A DNA stretch of 7,971 nucleotides, taken from positions 1 to 7,971 of IMG/VR virus record IMGVR_UViG_2600255005_000004. One strand, 5' to 3'. The notes under the pieces were generated by a model that saw nothing but the letters and a program-made list of their open reading frames with translations, was not told where the DNA came from and searched no databases. Position 1 is the stretch's first letter. Each line of letters begins with the position of its first letter. The DNA is from a virus. Its lineage: Duplodnaviria; Heunggongvirae; Uroviricota; Caudoviricetes. Of the stretch, positions 1 to 6,220 are shown piece by piece. The translations under genes and the position numbers were made by a program.

Positions 1-222
1 TTAACACTTCTGATAAATAATCCATTCAACACTCCCACAACAAAAAGCCACAGCAATCAAAAAATGAGCACGCAGAATCAAAATGCTCTCTAATCGTAAC
101 GCATTTTGAGATTTTTGATACGTTTTTTTGGGATTATGTAACGCCAAATGGTCATTTTGTGTCAGAAAAATAAATCTTAGTACCGAGAATATGTAGCTTC
201 CATCCTTCATCGTTCTATTCAT
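1..222 (-). CDS. hypothetical small protein (73 aa), possibly membrane-associated; coding status uncertain
   Basis: ORF whose ATG (220-222) overlaps the TGA (219-221) of the upstream gene in an ATGA arrangement suggesting translational coupling. Hydrophobic C-terminal stretch. Region is AT-rich, the peptide is not obviously protein-like, and the stop sits exactly at the window edge. Confidence 0.3.
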   Translation of the reverse strand: MNRTMKDGSYIFSVLRFIFLTQNDHLALHNPKKTYQKSQNALRLESILILRAHFLIAVAFCCGSVEWIIYQKC

Positions 223-650
223 CCCTGATCTCCAAGCCTCTCTCGAAAACCATTCTGATAAAACGCCAGCACACGCTGCATAACTTCACTCTTCCGGCAC
301 TCGCGACAGATTATGTTCAGACGCCTGTCGTAACGGCGTATTTCTCCGTCTGGTAATGACCAGATAAGGTCAGGATCAACCACAACCGGTTTCTTCACCT
401 TTGTCCTTGATAGTTTTTTGCGGGCGTTTTGCCAGTCTTTACGCGCCTGCTCAGACGGGAATAATCCGTAGCCTGAATTGTAAACATCACCACTGGCGAC
501 TAGTTCTCTGGCGAGAGTGCTTATGTAATACCTTGATGCACCGGTTTTAGCCTCCAGAGCCCGTAACGTCTCGCGACCGCTCAGAGGTACAAGTTCAACA
601 ACCTGTCCTTTAATTTTTTCTCGCTCTTCTGGTGTAAATACTTTTGCCAT
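219..650 (-). CDS. hypothetical prophage protein (143 aa) with a possible helix-turn-helix segment
   Basis: ATG at 650 preceded by a strong RBS (GGAGG, 5-nt spacer) 16 bp after the stop of the upstream gene. The track start at 665 is a TTG and less likely. Protein-like composition; same strand and operon as the replication genes. No family recognised. Confidence 0.6.
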   Translation of the reverse strand: MAKVFTPEEREKIKGQVVELVPLSGRETLRALEAKTGASRYYISTLARELVASGDVYNSGYGLFPSEQARKDWQNARKKLSRTKVKKPVVVDPDLIWSLPDGEIRRYDRRLNIICRECRKSEVMQRVLAFYQNGFRERLGDQG

Positions 651-665
651 AGGTGCCTCCGGCAA

Positions 666-1427
666 TCACTTTTCCGATGCAACATGGCGGGAAGAATCAG
701 TAATCTGTCGTACAATATCCCTGTGCTTGTTCAACTCACGCAGCGCGGCGCAGACACGCTCCCACTTCTGGAGATGATTTTTCGCCCGACGCAGTTCGCG
801 GTTTGCCATATGCAGTGATGGTAAAACCAGGTCATCCGCTCGCGTTTCAGTAAACGATGGCAGCGACTGCACAATGTCCGCCACAGTTTCTGTTTTAATA
901 TCTTCCTGTGTTGCAGCCTCCTGTACTGGTAACGCAACACCTGCGGTCTGAGGAAAGGCCTTACCATCAGTTTCCGCTACCGATGCTGCTTTCGGCTCTG
1001 CTGGTAAATTATCGCCCGGTATGCAGTAACGAAATTTACCGCCCTGATTTACGCGAATCAGACGACCTTTGCTGATTGCCATTGCCAGCGTTGAAGCCAC
1101 TTTGCGTGATGTGGTACCAAACAATGTAGCCAGCTCATCAGCCGTTTGTGGTCCTCGTTGTTCAATCGTCGCGGTTAAATCGCACTCTGAGATTTTCGCT
1201 ACTGTTGCTGTGGTGATTTCTTCCGGCAGTTCTGCCTGCGCTGGCTGTTCCTGCTGAATATTGTTATCAGCCACACGCCAGGTGTACGCGCTTTTATCAA
1301 CAAAACCAGCCTTTTTCAGTTCCCATAGTTCGTTCAGCACTTCTTCACGACTGATATCAAGTCGCGCAGCAAGTTCTATGGATGTGGCTTTTCCCATTGC
1401 TTTCAGTGCGTCAAAAACAGTCTCCAT
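666..1427 (-). CDS. hypothetical prophage protein (253 aa) with two winged-helix-like DNA-binding segments and an acidic linker
   Basis: Start chosen at ATG 1427 (METVFDALK...) with GGAG RBS 9 nt upstream. An alternative ATG at 1478 would overlap the DnaC-like gene by 29 nt. Two HTH-like segments ([30 protein letters not shown] and [35 protein letters not shown]) separated by an E/Q/A/T-rich linker. Family not recognised. Confidence 0.6.
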   Translation of the reverse strand: METVFDALKAMGKATSIELAARLDISREEVLNELWELKKAGFVDKSAYTWRVADNNIQQEQPAQAELPEEITTATVAKISECDLTATIEQRGPQTADELATLFGTTSRKVASTLAMAISKGRLIRVNQGGKFRYCIPGDNLPAEPKAASVAETDGKAFPQTAGVALPVQEAATQEDIKTETVADIVQSLPSFTETRADDLVLPSLHMANRELRRAKNHLQKWERVCAALRELNKHRDIVRQITDSSRHVASEK

Positions 1428-1449
1428 TAAATTTTTCTCCCGGTAAAAA

Positions 1450-2196
1450 TTACTTCGCAATTCCTGGCTGGACGACATTCGGACGCCAGCTCTCCCAGTT
1501 AAAATTCACCCATCGCCCGCCGTTCATGGTCATGCGATCCATAATCCGCTCGCCGAGCAATGTTTTCATGGCCTCATAGTTCAGGTTTGTCAGCATCCCC
1601 ACGCTGCGCATCGACGCTGTCCGGCGATCAACAATCTGGTGCAGTACCACCTGCTCGTTTTTCGTCTCGCGCTGAATGCCAATTTCATCAAGAACCAGCA
1701 GATCCACTTCGCATAGTTCCCGCAAAAATTTTTCGCCTGACTGCCCATCGTCATAGCTGGCGTGCAGGGCACTCATAACATCAGCCACGGTAACCACAAT
1801 CACTGTCTGACCGTCTTTCAGCAGGCGATTCCCGATAGCTGCCGCTAAGTGGTTCTTCCCGGTACCAGGTTTTCCGCTGAACGCAAAATTTGTACACCCG
1901 GTCATCAGTTCATCAGCGATGGATTTCGCCTGACTCAACGCGTATCGCTGCCCTTCGTTCTGCACCTGGTAATTCGAAAACGAGCATTTGCGGTGCAATG
2001 GCTGGATGCCAGAGCGATTCAGAATTTTTTCCACCCGCAACTGACGATTCTGACGGTTGATCTCCTCACAACGTTTCTGGCCTTCGGAAAGTTGCCACTC
2101 GCGCCACTCCGCTACCGTTTTGAATGGGGCGGTTACATGTGGCGGGGCCAGTCTGCGGATACGTTCAAGAATGCCGCCTGCCGCAATATTTTTCAT
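1450..2196 (-). CDS. DnaC/IstB-like AAA+ replicative helicase loader (YdaV-like prophage replication protein)
   Basis: Walker [16 protein letters not shown] and Walker B LLVLDEIG. 248 aa, close to the 246-aa YdaV of K-12 Rac as recalled. GGGGG RBS upstream of ATG 2196, 7 nt after the stop of the initiator gene. Confidence 0.9.
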   Translation of the reverse strand: MKNIAAGGILERIRRLAPPHVTAPFKTVAEWREWQLSEGQKRCEEINRQNRQLRVEKILNRSGIQPLHRKCSFSNYQVQNEGQRYALSQAKSIADELMTGCTNFAFSGKPGTGKNHLAAAIGNRLLKDGQTVIVVTVADVMSALHASYDDGQSGEKFLRELCEVDLLVLDEIGIQRETKNEQVVLHQIVDRRTASMRSVGMLTNLNYEAMKTLLGERIMDRMTMNGGRWVNFNWESWRPNVVQPGIAK

Positions 2197-2202
2197 GGTC
2201 AG

Positions 2203-2991
2203 TTACCCCCTGAAGCCTGGCGGGATCGCACTATCCGGTAACGAGACGGTGTTAACCTGTCGGAGTAACGTCTCAGGTCGAACACCTTTTGGCGCGAACA
2301 AGCCCTGGTATTCATTGGCGATGCTGTGTCGAATCACCTGCTCAGGTGAAAAACCCTGCTGGCGGAATTTTTCCAGCTCCCGTATCGCCCCGTTAGCGCC
2401 CTGCTCCGTTCGAATCGGTTTTCGCAATGCCTGCCTGAACTGAACCCACTCATGCCAGAGTGTTTCCGGCAACCAGTCAGGCAGCTCGATAGCCTCCGGT
2501 TCGAATTTTTTAGACGCTCGTTTTTGGCGAGGGGGATTTAGGGGGAGATAAGTATTTATATCTTCCTCTTTCTCTTCCTCTGGTAACGCTTTTTGATCCG
2601 TTTTTGTAACGCTGGCAGCGTTACCTTTTCGTTTCAGTTCTCGTATTTTTGTTACTCTCTCGTTTGTAACCGCCCGTTTTTTAGAGCTTTTCCCGTTATG
2701 GCGCTCAAAGTTAGGAAGCGACAACACACCATTAGTTTCGACCAGCCATCCAACCTGAATTAACGCATCAGCAAAACCAGCCATAAAAGTGATGCGATCT
2801 ATTGCACTTTTTGTAACGCCGCGAGCGTTACACTCTGCGTTACCGTCTATCATTTGTTGATCCGCCCATGCCCAGAAGCGAATGACTTTCCCTAATGCGG
2901 CATCTGGATCAATATTCAGAATCTCAGCAAGCCTGAATATTTCCGGCTTATCCGGCGTAATAACTTCGAGCTTTATCCAGTTTGAAGCCAT
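2203..2991 (-). CDS. prophage replication initiator, YdaU/lambda-O-like (262 aa)
   Basis: Sits immediately upstream of the DnaC-like loader, the O-then-P arrangement of lambdoid phages. AGGTGA RBS 6 nt before ATG 2991. K/E-rich central linker whose DNA carries GTAACGC palindromes and T tracts. Assignment is by synteny and architecture, not verified by search. Confidence 0.75.
   Translation of the reverse strand: MASNWIKLEVITPDKPEIFRLAEILNIDPDAALGKVIRFWAWADQQMIDGNAECNARGVTKSAIDRITFMAGFADALIQVGWLVETNGVLSLPNFERHNGKSSKKRAVTNERVTKIRELKRKGNAASVTKTDQKALPEEEKEEDINTYLPLNPPRQKRASKKFEPEAIELPDWLPETLWHEWVQFRQALRKPIRTEQGANGAIRELEKFRQQGFSPEQVIRHSIANEYQGLFAPKGVRPETLLRQVNTVSLPDSAIPPGFRG
2606..2624. repeat. 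19-bp palindrome GTAACGCTggcAGCGTTAC (copy 1, inside initiator coding sequence)
   Basis: Perfect 8-bp inverted arms read directly. Sits in a cluster of GTAAC/GTTAC half-sites with T tracts between 2583 and 2670. Confidence 0.7.
2813..2831. repeat. 19-bp palindrome GTAACGCcgcgaGCGTTAC (copy 2, inside initiator coding sequence)
   Basis: 7-bp perfect arms with flanking T...A; an extra GCGTTAC half-site lies at 2837-2843. Confidence 0.7.
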
Positions 2992-3004
2992 TTGTTTTCA
3001 CCTT

Positions 3005-3023
3005 GTAACGCTCGCAGCGTTAC
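3005..3023. repeat. 19-bp palindrome GTAACGCTcgcAGCGTTAC (copy 3, in the ydaT-ydaU intergenic region, 14 bp upstream of the initiator ATG)
   Basis: Perfect 8-bp arms, extendable to 9 bp (TGTAACGCT / AGCGTTACA). Same motif as copies 1 and 2 at roughly 200-bp spacing. Confidence 0.7.
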
Positions 3024-3033
3024 ATTTAACTGA

Positions 3034-3055
3034 TACCGAACAAAACAGTTCGGTA
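3034..3055. repeat. perfect palindrome TACCGAAC-aaaaca-GTTCGGTA between the ydaT-like stop and the initiator start
   Basis: 8-bp perfect inverted arms with 6-nt spacer read directly. No flanking U-tract in either orientation, so more likely a protein-binding site or attenuating hairpin than a canonical terminator. Confidence 0.5.
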
Positions 3056-3068
3056 CGATTAATTTCAA

Positions 3069-3491
3069 TCAATGCACTACGACAGAATCGCTAGGAGAAC
3101 CGCCGCCGCTGAAATGTGCTTTACGGTAAACGGCCTGGACTGCATCATCATGCGCATCAATTGCCGTACTCAGTGCATCCTGTGCCGCCAGTAATGCACG
3201 GCGTTCCAGGGTATCGAAGATGCAGAGTCGGTGACGCAGCTCGCGAGGAAGAATTGCCAGAACCGCAGGGATCAGTTTCTGAATTTTTTCCCTTTGCGCA
3301 TTCGTTTCACCTTTCAACCAACGATGATAGATATTCTGCTGATTGTTCCAGTCCTTGCCTGGTACCAGGGGCAATTCGCCGCCCCCCTGGCGCAGATATT
3401 CTTCAGTAATTGCGTTAGCGACCCACGCCTGCCCTTTTTCGGCTGCCAGGGCTAACAACACTGATTCGATGTGCTCATGCTTGATTTTCAT
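3069..3491 (-). CDS. YdaT-like protein (CII-analogous regulator / toxic-when-derepressed family), 140 aa
   Basis: 140 aa, the same length as K-12 YdaT, beginning MKIKHEHI. Directly downstream of the Cro-like gene with ATGA start/stop overlap (3488-3491). Position is equivalent to cII/ydaT in Rac and CP-933P-type immunity regions. Confidence 0.65.
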   Translation of the reverse strand: MKIKHEHIESVLLALAAEKGQAWVANAITEEYLRQGGGELPLVPGKDWNNQQNIYHRWLKGETNAQREKIQKLIPAVLAILPRELRHRLCIFDTLERRALLAAQDALSTAIDAHDDAVQAVYRKAHFSGGGSPSDSVVVH

Positions 3492-3742
3492 GAATCAACT
3501 CCCATCAGCTTTTTCGTAGTAGTTTTATTTCTGCCAATAGTTAAAATTGCATCGGCAGAAAATAATCCGTTTGATGCATGAGCGATTTTTTCAGCGTAAT
3601 TTGTTTCGCCGGTATATTCTGTGCGAGGCAATTTTCCGTTATCCATCCATTTGTAGATTGCTCTTTGGCTGACACCACAAACGTCGGCCACAACAGAAAC
3701 GCGAACAGTTTTGATTACATCTTCAAGTGTTTTCTGGTTCAT
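3488..3742 (-). CDS. Cro/YdaS-like helix-turn-helix regulator (84 aa)
   Basis: HTH segment VADVCGVSQRAIYKWMDNGKLP. Start placed at ATG 3742 (MNQKTLEDV...) with GAGGG RBS. The upstream ATG at 3814 adds a Cys-rich junk-like N-terminus and lies inside the operator region. Divergent from the repressor gene. Confidence 0.75.
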   Translation of the reverse strand: MNQKTLEDVIKTVRVSVVADVCGVSQRAIYKWMDNGKLPRTEYTGETNYAEKIAHASNGLFSADAILTIGRNKTTTKKLMGVDS

Positions 3743-3757
3743 ATCACCCTCACAATG

Positions 3758-3829
3758 TGAACTTTGAGTACATGCTATAACAGAACTGACAGTACATTCA
3801 AGAGCGAATATCATTGAACTTATGGTTCA
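3758..3829. promoter_or_regulatory. OR-like divergent promoter/operator region: three 15-bp operator-like sites plus candidate back-to-back promoters
   Basis: Sites TGAACTttgAGTACA (3758-3772), AGAACTgacAGTACA (3782-3796) and TGAACTtatGGTTCA (3815-3829, overlapping the repressor ATG). Candidate repressor promoter: -35 CTGACA 3786-3791, 17-bp spacer, -10 TATCAT 3809-3814, start near the ATG. Candidate cro-side promoter on - strand: -35 TTGAAT (3796-3801), 16-bp spacer, -10 TATAGC (3774-3779). Confidence 0.55.
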
Positions 3830-4241
3830 TGAAGATAAAGCGCGTAAAGAGTTCGCCAGTAGGCTTGCGCTAGCCTGTGAAAACGCTGGTTATGAACAAC
3901 ATGGAAGGCAGGCAGAAATTGCCCGTCGAATGAAATTAACACCAAAAGCGGTTAGCAAATGGTTTAATGGTGAAACAATTCCTCGCCGAGAGAAATTAAG
4001 GGAATTAGCAACACTCATTGGAACAACACCAACCTATCTTTTGGGAGAGGATACAGAAGAAAGTGGACAGATACGTTTCTATCAGGAGTTAAATCCAAGA
4101 CAAAAAATCATCATTGACCTTCTGGACGAGCTCCCTGACAGTGAGACAGATGAACTTTTAAAAACTCTTGAGGAGAAAAAACAGAAGTACAATGCAATTT
4201 ACGAAGAGTTAGCACGAAAGAAAAAACAAAAAGCCTCTTAA
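3822..4241 (+). CDS. XRE-family prophage repressor (RacR-like / CI-like), 139 aa, no S24 peptidase domain
   Basis: N-terminal Cro/CI-type HTH (RQAEIARRMKLTPKAVSKWFNGETIP) and K/E-rich helical C-terminus. Divergent from the Cro-like gene across a 79-bp region holding repeated operator motifs. No SD sequence before the ATG, so probably leaderless like lambda cI from PRM. Differs in length from K-12 RacR (158 aa as recalled), so likely a different immunity type. Confidence 0.8.
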   Translation: MVHEDKARKEFASRLALACENAGYEQHGRQAEIARRMKLTPKAVSKWFNGETIPRREKLRELATLIGTTPTYLLGEDTEESGQIRFYQELNPRQKIIIDLLDELPDSETDELLKTLEEKKQKYNAIYEELARKKKQKAS

Positions 4242-4317
4242 ACCAGCATAAATCCGGTAGCGTCCCCCTCCGGGTTTGTGCTTCACTTTATCCCGTCTCA
4301 TTTTTTTATACATAAAA

Positions 4318-4360
4318 TGTACTTAAAGTACTTTACAATGATGAACACAAAGTACATTAT
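4318..4360 (+). promoter_or_regulatory. OL/PL-like early-left promoter with two operator-like sites
   Basis: Sites TGTACTtaaAGTACT (4318-4332) and TGAACAcaaAGTACA (4342-4356) share the OR-region motif. Candidate -35 TTTACA (4332-4337), 17-bp spacer, -10 CATTAT (4355-4360), reading rightward into ydaG/ydaF. Confidence 0.5.
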
Positions 4361-4528
4361 ATACCTACCAACCCACCCCGCCCCACAGAACGCCGGGCAA
4401 TACTTCGAGTTACCAGGCAGTGGTCAGGGGTTAAGTAGCCAGCCCGAGGCGTATGAACATGACGGCGGGATTCAAATTTTGCAGTGCAGCAGTTAGTTCC
4501 GCCACCCGGCGTTAAGGGGATAGATAAG

Positions 4529-4663
4529 ATGGTGCATTACGAAGTAGTTCAGTATTTGATGGATTGTTGCGGTATCACTTACAACCAGGCTGTGCAGGCT
4601 TTACGCAGCAACGACTGGGATCTCTGGCAGGCAGAAGTCGCTATACGTAGCAACAAGATGTGA
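4529..4663 (+). CDS. ydaG: small protein YdaG-like (44 aa)
   Basis: Below the ORF-track size cutoff. AAGGGGA RBS 8 nt upstream of the ATG. Clean 44-aa protein-like sequence (MVHYEVVQYLMDCCGITYNQAVQALRSNDWDLWQAEVAIRSNKM). Size and position next to the repressor match ydaG of Rac. Confidence 0.6.
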   Translation: MVHYEVVQYLMDCCGITYNQAVQALRSNDWDLWQAEVAIRSNKM

Positions 4664-4673
4664 GATTCGCAAA

Positions 4674-4829
4674 ATGCAAAAAATCGACCTCGGCAACAAC
4701 GAATCCCTGGTGTGCGGCGTGTTCCCCAACCAGGATGGAACGTTCACTGCCATGACGTATACCAAAAGCAAAACATTTAAAACCGAAACTGGTGCGCGCC
4801 GATGGTTGGAGAAGCACACAGTAAGCTAA
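4674..4829 (+). CDS. ydaF: small protein YdaF-like (51 aa)
   Basis: Below the ORF-track cutoff. 51 aa (MQKIDLGNNESLVCGVFPNQDGTF...), 10 nt after the ydaG stop. Size and position match ydaF of Rac. Its 3' end overlaps the 3' end of convergent sieB by 4 bp. Confidence 0.6.
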   Translation: MQKIDLGNNESLVCGVFPNQDGTFTAMTYTKSKTFKTETGARRWLEKHTVS

Positions 4830-5314
4830 CGATTAAAACGTCTACTCCTGCTGTTCCAGAATAACTTCATAAAATGGGAGTATTTTTCGGTGACGAGATA
4901 ATAAGAACAGTTTGCGCTATCACTCTGATGTTGAATGATGCCCTTCCGTTCTAATTTTTTCATAACCGGGTTACGGCAAGGAGAAGTGATAATAAGATTT
5001 CCTGTTTTAAGGAAATCTTTAAATACAGCGATTTCTTTCTCAGATAAACGAAGCAATACTCGTTGCTCTGGTAGTAATGAATAATGCTTTTGAATATGTG
5101 CTCGCAATCTTGAGAAGGAAATGGCGACCACGAAAGAAAAGGCAAAAACGATAATCTGAAAGAGCCAAGGTATTTCAGTATAAGCATTGAATGCGACAGT
5201 AAACTCTTTCGGTATCAGCCAGAGAGTGAGACCAAAAATGATAATCGTATACATAAGTCTTTCGAGTGGCTCGTTAGCAAAAAGTTTCAACAATGGAGTA
5301 AATACATCCAACAT
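4826..5314 (-). CDS. sieB: superinfection exclusion protein B (SieB), 162 aa membrane protein
   Basis: Start at internal ATG 5314 (MLDVFTPLLKLF...) gives 162 aa, the length recalled for SieB. Two hydrophobic TM-like segments. Antisense to the early-left operon between ydaF and kilR, as in Rac. Confidence 0.75.
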   Translation of the reverse strand: MLDVFTPLLKLFANEPLERLMYTIIIFGLTLWLIPKEFTVAFNAYTEIPWLFQIIVFAFSFVVAISFSRLRAHIQKHYSLLPEQRVLLRLSEKEIAVFKDFLKTGNLIITSPCRNPVMKKLERKGIIQHQSDSANCSYYLVTEKYSHFMKLFWNSRSRRFNR

Positions 5315-5532
5315 ATCAATAACTCTCAACTGTAAGGGTATTGAAATGTTAACACAAGCTCTCGCTGTAGGGGTATAGCCGAGACCACCGAAGCCCGGAG
5401 GTGGTGAAATAAAACCGGGCACAACACGAAGGCGCATTTCCGATATCCATAAAGAGTCGGTCTTGTCTGTTAAATTTAAATGGTGGGAGTGCGCCTCCGG
5501 TTGTAAATAACGACATTGCTGTGTGTAGTCCT

Positions 5533-5580
5533 GGCGGCATCAGTTTTTTTCTTGAAGTTCGGCTGATGTCCGCCCTTTTT
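5533..5580 (+). terminator. candidate intrinsic terminator or attenuator in the sieB-kilR intergenic region
   Basis: GGCGGCATCAG (5533-5543) pairs with CTGATGTCCGCC (5563-5574), 11 bp with one bulge, followed by CTTTTT. The 19-nt loop is long for a classical terminator. Orientation fits the + strand early-left transcript upstream of kilR. Confidence 0.4.
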
Positions 5581-5755
5581 AAAGTGAATTTTGTGATGCG
5601 GTGAATGCGGCTAAGCGCACGTGGCACAGTTAAAAGTCATGTTAGTCCTTATTGGTTTGGGTGGGAAAGCCGACTGTAATTGTTAACTGGTTGCAGTCAC
5701 CTGGAGGCACCAGGCACCGCATCAACAAAGTTCATTTGTAAAAATGGAGATAATT

Positions 5756-5977
5756 ATGATTGCACATCACTTCGGAACTGATGAAATACCACGTCAGTGT
5801 GTGACTCCTGGTGACTATGTTCTTCATGAAGGCCGGACATATATTGCCTCGGCAAACAATATTAAAAAGCGAAAACTTTATATTCGTAACCTGACCACAA
5901 AAACATGCATTACTGACTGCATGATTAAAGTCTTCCTCGGTCGTAATGGTTTACCTGTAAAGGCGGAGTCATGGTGA
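5756..5977 (+). CDS. kilR: KilR-like cell-division inhibitor (73 aa)
   Basis: Start at ATG 5756 ([10 protein letters not shown]...) with GGAG RBS 7 nt upstream gives 73 aa, the recalled KilR length. Divergent from sieB and followed by ydaE and racC as in Rac. Confidence 0.7.
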   Translation: MIAHHFGTDEIPRQCVTPGDYVLHEGRTYIASANNIKKRKLYIRNLTTKTCITDCMIKVFLGRNGLPVKAESW

Positions 5978-6147
5978 TGACTAAGAAAATAAAATGTGCT
6001 TACCACCTTTGCAATAAAGAAATTGAAGAAAGCAAAAGTATTAAAAGACCACTTCATTTCATGCGTGGAGTTATCCAAACGACGGAAATGAAAAAATATT
6101 GTAGTGAAAGTTGTGCCGAAAAAGACCAGATGGCACACGAACTTTAA
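5977..6147 (+). CDS. ydaE: YdaE-like small zinc-ribbon protein (56 aa)
   Basis: Below the ORF-track cutoff. ATG overlaps the kilR stop (TGATG). Two Cys pairs, CAYHLC and CSESC, suggest a zinc ribbon. 56 aa matches recalled ydaE. Confidence 0.65.
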   Translation: MTKKIKCAYHLCNKEIEESKSIKRPLHFMRGVIQTTEMKKYCSESCAEKDQMAHEL

Positions 6148-6220
6148 TTAACTGACTATGCGAAACTGAATTTATGCCAGCAATGGCAGGGACTCGCTCA
6201 ACCTTAATTAAGGAGAAAAC

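Noticed and set aside
2583-2670. Lambda-style tandem iteron array
   Set aside because: The repeats are palindromes with about 200-bp spacing plus scattered half-sites, not 3-4 directly repeated tandem iterons. I report them as an origin or operator candidate without claiming lambda-type iterons.
731-3455. Multiple + strand ORFs (62-130 aa) and one same-strand alternate-frame ORF overlapping the leftward replication operon
   Set aside because: Each is embedded in a longer minus-strand gene with clear motifs or protein-like composition; these are typical shadow ORFs.
3488-3814. Longer 108-aa form of the Cro-like ORF starting at ATG 3814
   Set aside because: The extra 24 residues are Cys-rich and junk-like, there is no RBS, and the start lies inside the operator region. 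The ATG at 3742 has a GAGGG RBS and gives a compact Cro-sized protein.
4278-4496. 72-aa + strand ORF downstream of the repressor
   Set aside because: It overlaps the candidate early-left promoter and operators and its leader, has low-complexity composition and no RBS. More likely 5' UTR than coding.
4601-4819. 72-aa - strand ORF antisense to ydaG/ydaF
   Set aside because: Junk-like composition. The sense-strand small proteins have better start contexts and match expected Rac gene sizes.
5349-5627. 92-aa - strand ORF upstream of sieB
   Set aside because: Arg/Ser/Pro-rich random-looking composition with no RBS, lying in the structured intergenic region.
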